DNA of 64,000 bases, taken from contig PFRX01000028.1 in assembly GCA_002788775.1 (NCBI GenBank), forward strand, positions 18,959 to 82,958, given 5' to 3'. Under the pieces are notes generated by a model. The model was not told the DNA's origin and did not search any database. It saw only the letters and a list, made by a program, of their open reading frames with translations. Source of the DNA: Candidatus Peregrinibacteria bacterium CG_4_9_14_0_2_um_filter_53_11 (GTDB lineage Bacteria > Patescibacteriota > Gracilibacteria > UBA1369 > UM-FILTER-53-11). The position numbers and the translations under genes are program-made. Below are positions 58,801 to 64,000 of the stretch, piece after piece. Position 1 is the first letter of the stretch; every line of letters starts with the position of its first letter.

Positions 58801-61284
58801 GCGCACGTGGCCGGAGTCGTTCGCCGCACCCTGACCATTATTTCGAACCTGCAGGCTGAGCGTCGTGGAGTCACCGGGATAGACCGAATTATCCGTTAGG
58901 CTGGCATTGGCGTAGGTGATATCAGAAAGTTGCGCACGCGCATTTACGGTAAGCGCACGCGTGAACTTGTTATTGCTCTCGTTCGACTCGGCAATCTGTT
59001 GCAGTGAGTCTATCCAGTAGTAAAAAGTGTAGTTTCCGGGAGCCAGATCATTGGGGATTGTATAGCTGAAGCTAACCTGAGTCGTGCTATTTGCATTAAT
59101 CGCGTTAAATGTCCGGTAGCCGACATAGTAGGTACCGGAATAATCCTCGCCAACTCCACTGGGTCTCAGGTAGTAAGAGATGCGCCCGGTCCGTCCGGTG
59201 CTAACACTCCCACGGTTGGAGATCGTATTTGTGATAGTGTAAACCTCGCCTTGATCGATACTTGCCACAGCGGATGAGCCCCCGGAAGTAAGATCCGGGA
59301 AGAGAGCCGGTGCCGTGGTATTTACCTTAAGGTAAGGACCGTTGTCATTAGCATTCCGTGAAGAGCTGAAAATCATCAACTTGTCGGGCCAAGCGGGGCG
59401 GGCACCGCTGTTCCACGTGGGTGTTGGCTCAACCAAGAGGCCATAGTTATTTCGAGCACCACTGAACCAGTCACGAACGAGGTTACTGACCGTCCAGCTG
59501 TACCAGCCGATGCTCTGAGTGTTTACATCTCGAAAACCGATGTCGGTCATCCTACCTCGGATGTCATTGTAGTGGAAGTCCCAATCACGTTGCCAGAAAG
59601 TATCAATCCTTCGCGCAACCGTCGAGACGCTTCCCCTGAAACTACCATTCCCCAGAGTCGTTCGGAGATACATTAAGAGGAAGGCGGAGTTGATCGTGTA
59701 GTTCGCGGGGATCGCACTGATATTGAACTTCATGATCGGATGACGTGTCGCGAGGTCACGACTGGAATAGCCCATATAAAGATCGGCTGATTCGGTCCAG
59801 CTACCAGCTATATACCTAAGGTAAAAGTCAGTTGTCGAAAAGCTATTGTTCTGACAAGAAAGCCCGTTCCCATTGAGGTCGCGATTTCCTGCAAGACAGA
59901 AGTAGTACTCGGGATCGATCGTGACCGGGTACTGGCGCTCTTTGGACAAAAGGTAGTCGGCGCTAAGCTTGAGCCCGATCCTCACGACACTCTGAGTGTA
60001 GTCGATATCGACAATCTGCTTAACAGGGAAAACCTGATCGGAGAGCTCGAGCTCTTCCGGGGTGGTGCCGGCACTTTTATCATAGACTAAAGCATCGGTG
60101 ATCCTGAAGAGACTTCCACTGGGAGTCTTAACATTCAGAGTAGTCTTCTCCATCTCAGTCCGGCCGGCCTCAAGAGGCTTTCCGTTGGAATCGATCAGGA
60201 GCGACCCCGCAGGAAGCTTATACTGCTCCCAGAATACGGCATCCTCGCCTTCCTTCAAATTAGTGGGAAGAGAGTTGAGTATAATTTTTCGCTCTCGGTA
60301 CGCTCCCTTATCGGCGAACTGTACGTCGATTCCCTTATAGACGTTCTCCAAGGTAGTCACCGTGGCCGTATCCTCATCTCTCTGGCTAAACTGAGGCTTG
60401 AGTACGGGCCAGTTCGTCGCCCCTTCCTCGTAAGCGCCCGGCATAATGGTAATGGCCTCACCATCTTCCAGCGGAACACTGAAGAAGTAACCTTCATCGA
60501 CGGCCTCGTTGAACTGGGTGCCCTGAAGCTCATTAAACAAGTTCCAGCCGGCTTCTCGGACCATGAGCTTCTCCCCATCTTTGTAGAGAAGTCGAGGCTC
60601 AGAGAAAAGGCGGTACTCATACTCGCCATTTCCCAGATCGACCACATCAGTCATCTGGTCTACGACTTGCAGATGGTCCGCGATGAACTCGGGTGAGTCT
60701 TTGGTGTAGTCATCGAGTTTGTAGTAGGGATAGATCTTAGTCTCTTGAGGATTAATCGTCGCCTCCGGGTCGGCCTTGACCTCTGTGTCAGCCTCCACCT
60801 CAGGTTCGGTAAGCGGAGTGGCATCTTCTTCTTCTGGGAAGGGACCATAGTAGAGCTGCTCGCCGCTGTCATCCAAGACCTCTGGAGAGTAGGGGCCGTC
60901 CGGATTAGCGAGAGCTTCCTCGACAGCCGATTCTGCGATGGGCTCGGCAAGAGGGAGTTCTTCAGAGTCGTCCTGGACGACCGGGGCGACGGGCTCGACG
61001 GGAAGTTCAACCACCGGAGCCGGCTCGACAGGCTCTTCCACAAGCTCCACGGGAGCCTCTGCGGGCTCGACGGGCTCCTCTGCAACCGGTGCCGCATCTT
61101 CTTTCGCCGGCGCGGGTGTCTCTTCTTCCACAACCGGCTCGGCGGGAGGCGCCTCCACGGCGGGAAGCTCCACTTGAGTCAAGGGAGGTTCTGAGACCGT
61201 CGTCTGAGCAAGGGCTGGAAGCAGCGACTCAGCTACGAGCAAAAAGCTAAAGAAAACCGACGTGGCTACCTTCAAAAGTTTCAT
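52837..61284 (-). CDS. Rhs/YD-repeat polymorphic toxin (about 2815 aa) with Sec signal peptide
   Basis: MKLLKVATSVFFSFLLVAESLLPALAQ signal. P/E/A/V-rich spacer, DNRLRE-like and about 4 CARDB-like domains, poly-Gly linker. Rhs shell runs from DPVNIRTGVFEF through tens of YD repeats to YYNARYYNPTTGRFISRD...NNPLRYTDPTG, then a 242-aa C-terminal tip. The track ORF extends to 61317. Confidence 0.92.
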   Translation of the reverse strand: MKLLKVATSVFFSFLLVAESLLPALAQTTVSEPPLTQVELPAVEAPPAEPVVEEETPAPAKEDAAPVAEEPVEPAEAPVELVEEPVEPAPVVELPVEPVAPVVQDDSEELPLAEPIAESAVEEALANPDGPYSPEVLDDSGEQLYYGPFPEEEDATPLTEPEVEADTEVKADPEATINPQETKIYPYYKLDDYTKDSPEFIADHLQVVDQMTDVVDLGNGEYEYRLFSEPRLLYKDGEKLMVREAGWNLFNELQGTQFNEAVDEGYFFSVPLEDGEAITIMPGAYEEGATNWPVLKPQFSQRDEDTATVTTLENVYKGIDVQFADKGAYRERKIILNSLPTNLKEGEDAVFWEQYKLPAGSLLIDSNGKPLEAGRTEMEKTTLNVKTPSGSLFRITDALVYDKSAGTTPEELELSDQVFPVKQIVDIDYTQSVVRIGLKLSADYLLSKERQYPVTIDPEYYFCLAGNRDLNGNGLSCQNNSFSTTDFYLRYIAGSWTESADLYMGYSSRDLATRHPIMKFNISAIPANYTINSAFLLMYLRTTLGNGSFRGSVSTVARRIDTFWQRDWDFHYNDIRGRMTDIGFRDVNTQSIGWYSWTVSNLVRDWFSGARNNYGLLVEPTPTWNSGARPAWPDKLMIFSSSRNANDNGPYLKVNTTAPALFPDLTSGGSSAVASIDQGEVYTITNTISNRGSVSTGRTGRISYYLRPSGVGEDYSGTYYVGYRTFNAINANSTTQVSFSYTIPNDLAPGNYTFYYWIDSLQQIAESNESNNKFTRALTVNARAQLSDITYANASLTDNSVYPGDSTTLSLQVRNNGQGAANDSGHVRYYISRSNPSYSDGNSIGNDSFGTLQASGSGSNTSSESISYTVPEGTASGTYYFSFWVDNLDEITNESSEGNNKSSVSFTVPETRDIYPVNLDVQNVHTFISGERLEAQARIMNSGNITAIGLPYILVLQSTSTGELYQLTSHNPASLDISAGANVLRTLSGVVPGNIPFNDSYVLVLGMNTANSLSERNYNNNAVDSDQIFTVERSGYCGNCSPGGGGGGGATPPPDPEELSDTDRDTFSDLEEKYVGTNVNGAQTVSLFQLNASNWLSTLVDKLAINYAADPVNIRTGVFEFIQTDLELKGRGIPINITRSYNSRVVDKNNRIGFGWNHSTNMYYYQDPATRNVLVYLGGTLAALFTTNDNGATFVAPKGVDGTLVNNGTPDNALLTYTTFDGVRYDFTYKRTTQLGMVEQITDLKGNVTAFTYIQRRDIPLLTTITDASGRTVSFVYGAEDDGEMFDKITEVHDNLNTQDHRLVRYGYESGFLTTVTNVRSFNGSTENLVRTFTYDNDRMATYTDARGTVLYNTYDDQGRVIRQDEKNPRLGANDQRRIYTLSYTDAPDGNVPGSTSCTTVKNFRSGDDPDFYKTYTCFDQEGLKIYEKEGDNGGATSYQYNPDGMATRVTDPNGNATLYDYDQYRRVTRQQQPFSHGWNTVTTYQYHPVVNKVSVQTKTATSLVNPATVVIRSANFVYDQSNGNLLTINYDLGGQERFSYDNRGNILRSWDKNNNVTDYTYDAAQNYRTGESITVTLPDGSTQLVQRSYVYDVFGNKTSVTNARGFVSQFQYDSHGNLKRAQDPAGNVTTYIYDSEDHLIQKNDPQGRVTTYVYDTDIEESLLSTSITGPRGETIFTSSEYDFVGNKVRDVDARDVVTSYSYDDANRVSAIAAPYNTTTFQYDRNGNKVSESNTQGQSSVFSYDGRNNLLSSKKFVDAGQTSFVETTYTYDGFDELVSTTDPKGQTTTTTYDLLGRLTSVTDTAGGLTSYTYDANGNRTGVRDARANADPALRNADGNTATYGYDEMNRLILERNSLNKETTFTYDKQNNLLQVVDRKDANGNNSAHVTTHTYDNLDRKTQTTDAKGAHVSYTYDALSNLTSRTDELGRTVSSTYDDFGRAIQQRDADQNLTVTVFDGNGNKVQVTAPDNTVTNYDYDNANRLTTVTNVSGATLDYLYDAAGNTTSESDWLNHTTTYTYDKLNRLLTESNAVETVTSYTYDNNGNRLAETTGGTVTAFSYDALNRVTQITHPGNKTEGFDYDALGNITQKTDGEGQLTTFAYDAKSRLTRKALDDGSIFNYSYDNWDQLTQLVEPVGTTSYQYDLLNLRTRETKTYTDLNGQSYAVNRTYTADGKLNTLTDAAGRLLDYNYDSRGLLDTVTFGGSALATYEYNALAQPTELTYGNGLATSYGYDSLNRLDNITLRDAQNNELFAHEYDFDAQSNRTQLVERTSVDGTDTDRTINYTYDLLDQLKTVDYTDVAGAQDLRFNYDAQGNRLSLGSALGSTSYSYANDSEELRSYTTNGRLTVAMEYDGNGSLTRESYSRLGQPLKNVSYSWDVQNRLSQIRYTDASRPNFMPQLNENSLTFAYDDAGNRIKKTVNGSDSTYYFNDGLTVLNELNTNGGVERTIVQGVGEVAEIDAQGRIIFVHSDALGSAVMLSNEAGEITQQYDYDPYGEIIGSLGSDETRYLFTGQEYDSESNLFYYNARYYNPTTGRFISRDKYMGAVGSLISRNSYAYANNNPLRYTDPTGNESEAVTEQIIEDNSSYASTPILLASSSASATSVCSICFDPTSDLIQKLKANGKEMANAYQHDLLVRAEALKEANKIPWWRPGARVGAKAAAGLLYEAERASTYIQFFNHVKPGGDWDYKIQDVKRFGSTEPVTLAGVTDNRVLFDARGNINFGYTGAAAGIPSTTLLSGAGAAQIYSRTSDTDWYASYFDDPTDQMLIKTGITLYQKYGLNIDDQKLNKALEYELGYTFISAPGYDYWKTK
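52840..53565 (-). other. C-terminal toxin domain of the Rhs protein (polymorphic toxin type 44 / Ntox44-like?)
   Basis: The 242 aa after the DPTG cleavage motif. KPGGDWDYK ... GNINFGYTGAAAGIPSTTLLSGAGAAQI resembles the motif pattern I associate with the Ntox44 family. Lower G+C than the Rhs core. Confidence 0.5.
53566..57957 (-). other. Rhs shell (YD-repeat core plus RHS-associated core domain)
   Basis: Bounded by the N-terminal plug motif ADPVNIRTG (57957) and C-terminal PxxxxDPxG (NNPLRYTDPTG, 53566-53577). Repeated xxGxxxxYxYDxxGNL units throughout. Confidence 0.85.
60925..61200 (-). repeat. Low-complexity Pro/Glu/Val/Ala-rich tandem coding repeats (Rhs N-terminal spacer)
   Basis: VEEPVEPAEAPVELVEEPVEPAPVVELPVEPVAPV. 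Creates spurious ORFs in several frames. Confidence 0.75.
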
Positions 61285-61412
61285 ATGAGGGAGGATAAAA
61301 ATGTTCGTAACACACAATGTCCCGCCGGAAGGCGAGTGACATTAGTGGCATAATATATCACGAACTCGGCCCAAAGCCAGCAAAGCCAAAGGAAAACGGT
61401 GGCCTGACCAGG

Positions 61413-62114
61413 CTAATTATTGTCTGGGCGCGAGGGCTCGAATCTAATAATGCAGTTTAGGCAGATCTCCTCGGAATTGTCGTCACTGGGGCTCTCGGTC
61501 GGCTCTTCTACGGTCATCCCGGCCTCAGTAACCAGAGCGATGATCTCCTCCTTTGTGAAAAAGTTAAAAAGGCGGTTTGAGTTGACGCGCCTTTCGCCGC
61601 CACTTCTGAGGTACTTCTCGCCCCCGAGACGTTTTTTAACTCGGATAAAACCCCGAGCTCCCGGCCTGGCAACCCGCCGCACCTCAGCCAAAACCTCGGA
61701 CACCATCTCATCAGGCATATGAAGTAGAACGGAACGGAGACAGACAGCATCAAATGAGGCTTCCGCAAAGGGAAGGGCACGACCATTGGCCACGACAAAA
61801 CTCACATGAGGATGAGCGCGTCGAGCCTCCTCAATAAACTCGGGGACCGGATCAGCCCCGACAGCCCGGTGTCTCTGAGCAAAAAAAGCCGTATCCCTAC
61901 CCCCGGCACATCCCAGATCGAGCACAGTGCCGCCTTCGGGAAGACCCTTATCGAAAGCGCGGATCTCAGCCGGCTGGAGCCCCGCTATCTTAGAAACATA
62001 CTCGGCGGCATGAGCTCGATACCAAGCGAGGGTCTGGTCATGGGCGACCACAGGGTCAAGGCCCGCTGTCGGGGTCTCACCATCGGAATGGGATGTAGCT
62101 TCTGGCGGTCTCAT
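61413..62114 (-). CDS. Class I SAM-dependent methyltransferase
   Basis: Motif I VLDLGCAGGRD, with post-I and motif II spacing typical of Methyltransf_11/25. Confidence 0.8.
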   Translation of the reverse strand: MRPPEATSHSDGETPTAGLDPVVAHDQTLAWYRAHAAEYVSKIAGLQPAEIRAFDKGLPEGGTVLDLGCAGGRDTAFFAQRHRAVGADPVPEFIEEARRAHPHVSFVVANGRALPFAEASFDAVCLRSVLLHMPDEMVSEVLAEVRRVARPGARGFIRVKKRLGGEKYLRSGGERRVNSNRLFNFFTKEEIIALVTEAGMTVEEPTESPSDDNSEEICLNCIIRFEPSRPDNN

Positions 62115-62123
62115 AGGCGGGCT

Positions 62124-62152
62124 AATCTACGCCTTTTCGCTACGCCCGTCAA
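62124..62152 (-). promoter_or_regulatory. Promoter TTGACG-17-TAGATT (minus strand), -10 box 9 nt upstream of the ATG at 62114
   Basis: Plus-strand cgtcaa at 62147-62152 and aatcta at 62124-62129. Confidence 0.5.
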
Positions 62153-62235
62153 TTCAGCCTAGAGGGGCCTCAGACAAGCTTCACTCCAGTTGCCAGAACG
62201 ATTGCCCCATCTGCCACAGCAGTTCAGCCGGGTCA

Positions 62236-62263
62236 TTGACAAATCCCCCGCCCCAGATAAAAT
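62236..62263 (+). promoter_or_regulatory. Promoter TTGACA-16-TAAAAT
   Basis: -35 at 62236-62241 and -10 at 62258-62263. Upstream of the YerC/TrpR-like gene. Confidence 0.55.
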
Positions 62264-62268
62264 AATAC

Positions 62269-62288
62269 CGTTTTAGCACATTAAAACG
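62269..62288 (+). promoter_or_regulatory. Perfect 7-bp inverted repeat CGTTTTA-gcacat-TAAAACG between promoter and start codon; candidate operator
   Basis: Arms 62269-62275 and 62282-62288. Lies in the short 5' UTR of a TrpR-family gene. Confidence 0.35.
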
Positions 62289-62299
62289 ATACAGGTTCT

Positions 62300-62593
62300 A
62301 TGAATACACAGCTCAACAACAAGGCAGCTAAAGACCTCTTTAAGGCACTCGCCTCACTCGAAACGGCCGAGGAGTGCAAGAAGTTTATGCGAGACCTCTG
62401 CACCCTGGCCGAGCTCGGTGCCATGGCTGAGCGCTGGCAGGTTGTTCAACAAATAGACAAAAAAATCCCCTACCGAACAATCGCAAAAAATACCGGCAGC
62501 AGCACGGCAACAATTACCCGAATAGCCCACTGGCTCAACCACGGGACTGGTGGATACCGGCTTATGCTCAAGCGTCTTTCAGCTCCTGAATAA
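62300..62593 (+). CDS. YerC/YecD (TrpR-related) family DNA-binding protein
   Basis: 97 aa. DLCTLAELGAMAERWQV...IPYRTIAKNTGSSTATITRI is the TrpR-like HTH pattern. Confidence 0.75.
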   Translation: MNTQLNNKAAKDLFKALASLETAEECKKFMRDLCTLAELGAMAERWQVVQQIDKKIPYRTIAKNTGSSTATITRIAHWLNHGTGGYRLMLKRLSAPE

Positions 62594-63419
62594 CGATCTT
62601 CTTCATCTTGAGCATGGCCTGTTCGGCCGCCTTGCTGCTCATGAGCTCGCCCATCTTCTCGGGGACGATCTGCCAGCTCACCCCAAATTTATCTTTAATC
62701 CAGCCACACTGTTCGGACTCGGGCACGGCTGAGAGCGTACCCCAGAAGTAGTCGATTTCTTCCTGGTCCTTGCAGTTCACCATCAGAGAGACGGCCTCAC
62801 TAAAGCTAAAGTCGTGCATTCTGGCCGAGTCCATCGCTCCAAACTCCTGGCCGGCGAGTACGAACTGGGCATATTTCACACTTCCCTCCGCGTCCGGCTC
62901 CTCTCCCTTTTCATAGCGGGCCAAAACCTGGGCGGTTCCGCCCGGAAAGACCGAGGCGTAAAAGTTAATCGCCTCTTCCGCCTTACTGCAGAGGCCTTTG
63001 GTAAACATCAAGACGGGCGTGACCCTCTCCTCATACTCCCCCTCAGTACAGATAACCTGCCAGGAGACGCCGAACTTGTCCTGGATCCAGCCGTATTTCT
63101 TGCTGAAGGGATACTCGCCCAGCTCCATCATCACGGTCCCTCCGGGCGTGAGCTTGCTCCAGATGGCCTCGACCTCCTGGGGAGTCTTAAACTTCGCATG
63201 AAATGAGATTGAGGGATTGATACTAAAGTAAGGGCCGGCGCTAATCGACATAAACTGATAGCCCATAATCTCAAAAGCTACAATGTCGCAGTCACCCGAG
63301 GGCGTATCCTTAATCTCAGTTTTTAGGGTAATTTTTGAGTCGGGGAAGGTCGCCGCATAAAACTCAGCGGCCGCTACAGCCTCCTTATCGAACCATAAAT
63401 GGGGTACTATTTTCTGCAT
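62568..63419 (-). CDS. VOC-superfamily protein, tandem PhnB/3-demethylubiquinone-9 3-methyltransferase-like domains
   Basis: Two copies of the I.P.LWF...A..FY...F ... D.FGVSWQ(V/I) pattern. Confidence 0.75.
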   Translation of the reverse strand: MQKIVPHLWFDKEAVAAAEFYAATFPDSKITLKTEIKDTPSGDCDIVAFEIMGYQFMSISAGPYFSINPSISFHAKFKTPQEVEAIWSKLTPGGTVMMELGEYPFSKKYGWIQDKFGVSWQVICTEGEYEERVTPVLMFTKGLCSKAEEAINFYASVFPGGTAQVLARYEKGEEPDAEGSVKYAQFVLAGQEFGAMDSARMHDFSFSEAVSLMVNCKDQEEIDYFWGTLSAVPESEQCGWIKDKFGVSWQIVPEKMGELMSSKAAEQAMLKMKKIVIQELKDA

Positions 63420-63507
63420 AAAAGTAGGTTAAAGGATTTTAGTAGAGTATTAACAATACTAAGCCTCTTTGAGACCGGGTGCAAGCAAGGGGCAAGGGGC
63501 TCGCCGC

Positions 63508-63774
63508 CTACTTCCGAAGCCGCCTAAGCCACCAGTCCTTAACAAAAGGCACGGTGAGAGTCGAAAGCACAAAGGCCACCGAGGGCACGAGCGCGTTCAC
63601 AAATGGGTTGGGGAGCTCAACCACCAAGAACAACACAACGATCACCAAGTAAGTAAACACGAGAACGAGCAGCCTACGAGTCCAGCTCGTCTCCCACGCC
63701 TTATCAAACTCTACACGCCTGTTGCGCTCTTTGATCTCCTCTAACTGCTTTTCTAGTTCCTGAATACTGGCCAT
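63508..63774 (-). CDS. Small membrane protein (88 aa): N-terminal coiled-coil, two TM helices
   Basis: MASIQELEKQLEEIKERNRR, followed by two hydrophobic segments. Confidence 0.5.
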   Translation of the reverse strand: MASIQELEKQLEEIKERNRRVEFDKAWETSWTRRLLVLVFTYLVIVVLFLVVELPNPFVNALVPSVAFVLSTLTVPFVKDWWLRRLRK

Positions 63775-63804
63775 AGAGTGTACCTCCGGAGCGCTTTCCG
63801 GTCA

Positions 63805-64000
63805 TTATAACTTTGTTACATCCCACCACCCAGTTGTTAGGCAGTCATTGCCCGCAGGCAGTTCCGGAGCAACATCTTGAGGGTCGTATGAAGTCACTAA
63901 CAAACCACTATCTAAGGTTAGTGCGATCTTTGGCTGACCATAAACATGGTCTGCCATCTTGGCGTAGACCTCCGGATCCATAACGCTGTAGACCCTACTC
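63805..64000 (-). CDS. Partial or small ORF at the window edge (...MDPEVYAKMADHVYGQPKIALTLDSGLLVTSYDPQDVAPELPAGNDCLTTGWWDVTKL*)
   Basis: Open minus-strand frame from the window end to TAA (63805-63807). An internal ATG at 63981 would give 58 aa. It may instead continue beyond the window. Confidence 0.3.
   Translation of the reverse strand, partial: SRVYSVMDPEVYAKMADHVYGQPKIALTLDSGLLVTSYDPQDVAPELPAGNDCLTTGWWDVTKL

Overview
GC-rich, densely coding bacterial chromosome segment with about 55 protein genes, 3 tRNAs and 1 pseudogene. I found no rRNA, CRISPR array, transposase or integrase. The many orphan secreted or hypothetical proteins suggest an uncultivated, possibly CPR/Peregrinibacteria-like lineage, but that is a weak inference. 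TGA, TAG and TAA all act as stops, so the standard genetic code applies.

Gene content in order:
- 87-11517: clpP, DUF218, RimK-like ATP-grasp, tRNA-Lys/Leu/Cys, DsbA-like, GT4 glycosyltransferase, radA, a 602-aa unknown, tatD and a transglutaminase-like protein.
- 11839-17240: a shikimate operon (DAHP synthase, aroB, fused aroA-aroK), then nadB.
- 17229-23083, minus strand: a block running gyrB-rpsU-prmC-prfA plus two unknowns.
- 23235-31075: an 8-kb insert between divergent gyrB and gyrA, holding a FecR-like membrane protein, an S41 protease, an orphan VirB4-like ATPase and an acidic protein.
- 31186-36900: gyrA, a TSP3/PKD surface protein, rpmE, aroC and a decayed livF-like relic.
- 37030-47147: a 171-aa unknown, gshA-gshB, an ABC-2 transporter, tgt, an HD protein, ruvA, pgi and a sigma-region-4/HARE-HTH protein.
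- 47408-61284, minus strand: a 14-kb operon of secreted proteins, ending in a 2.8-kaa Rhs polymorphic toxin with an AT-rich toxin tip and two small downstream genes.
- 61413-64000: a methyltransferase, a YerC/TrpR-like protein, a VOC/PhnB-like protein, a small membrane protein and a partial ORF at the window edge.

Most notable observations:
1. A 17-codon leader ORF (MKRTPATNWFYFFTLTA) lies upstream of the shikimate operon. It has mutually exclusive antiterminator and terminator helices, which fits ribosome-mediated attenuation sensing Trp, Phe and Tyr together.
2. First genes of transcription units repeatedly carry a TATAAT-like -10 box only 6-9 nt upstream of the ATG, with no Shine-Dalgarno sequence, implying widespread leaderless mRNAs.
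3. The Rhs toxin tip and candidate immunity genes show a compositional break from the Rhs core.
4. A lone VirB4-like ATPase carries a Pro/Ala-rich N-terminal extension.
5. A livF relic carrying two in-frame stop codons now supplies the last ~20 codons of aroC.

All calls rest on reading the translations and the sequence by eye. No database searches were run.
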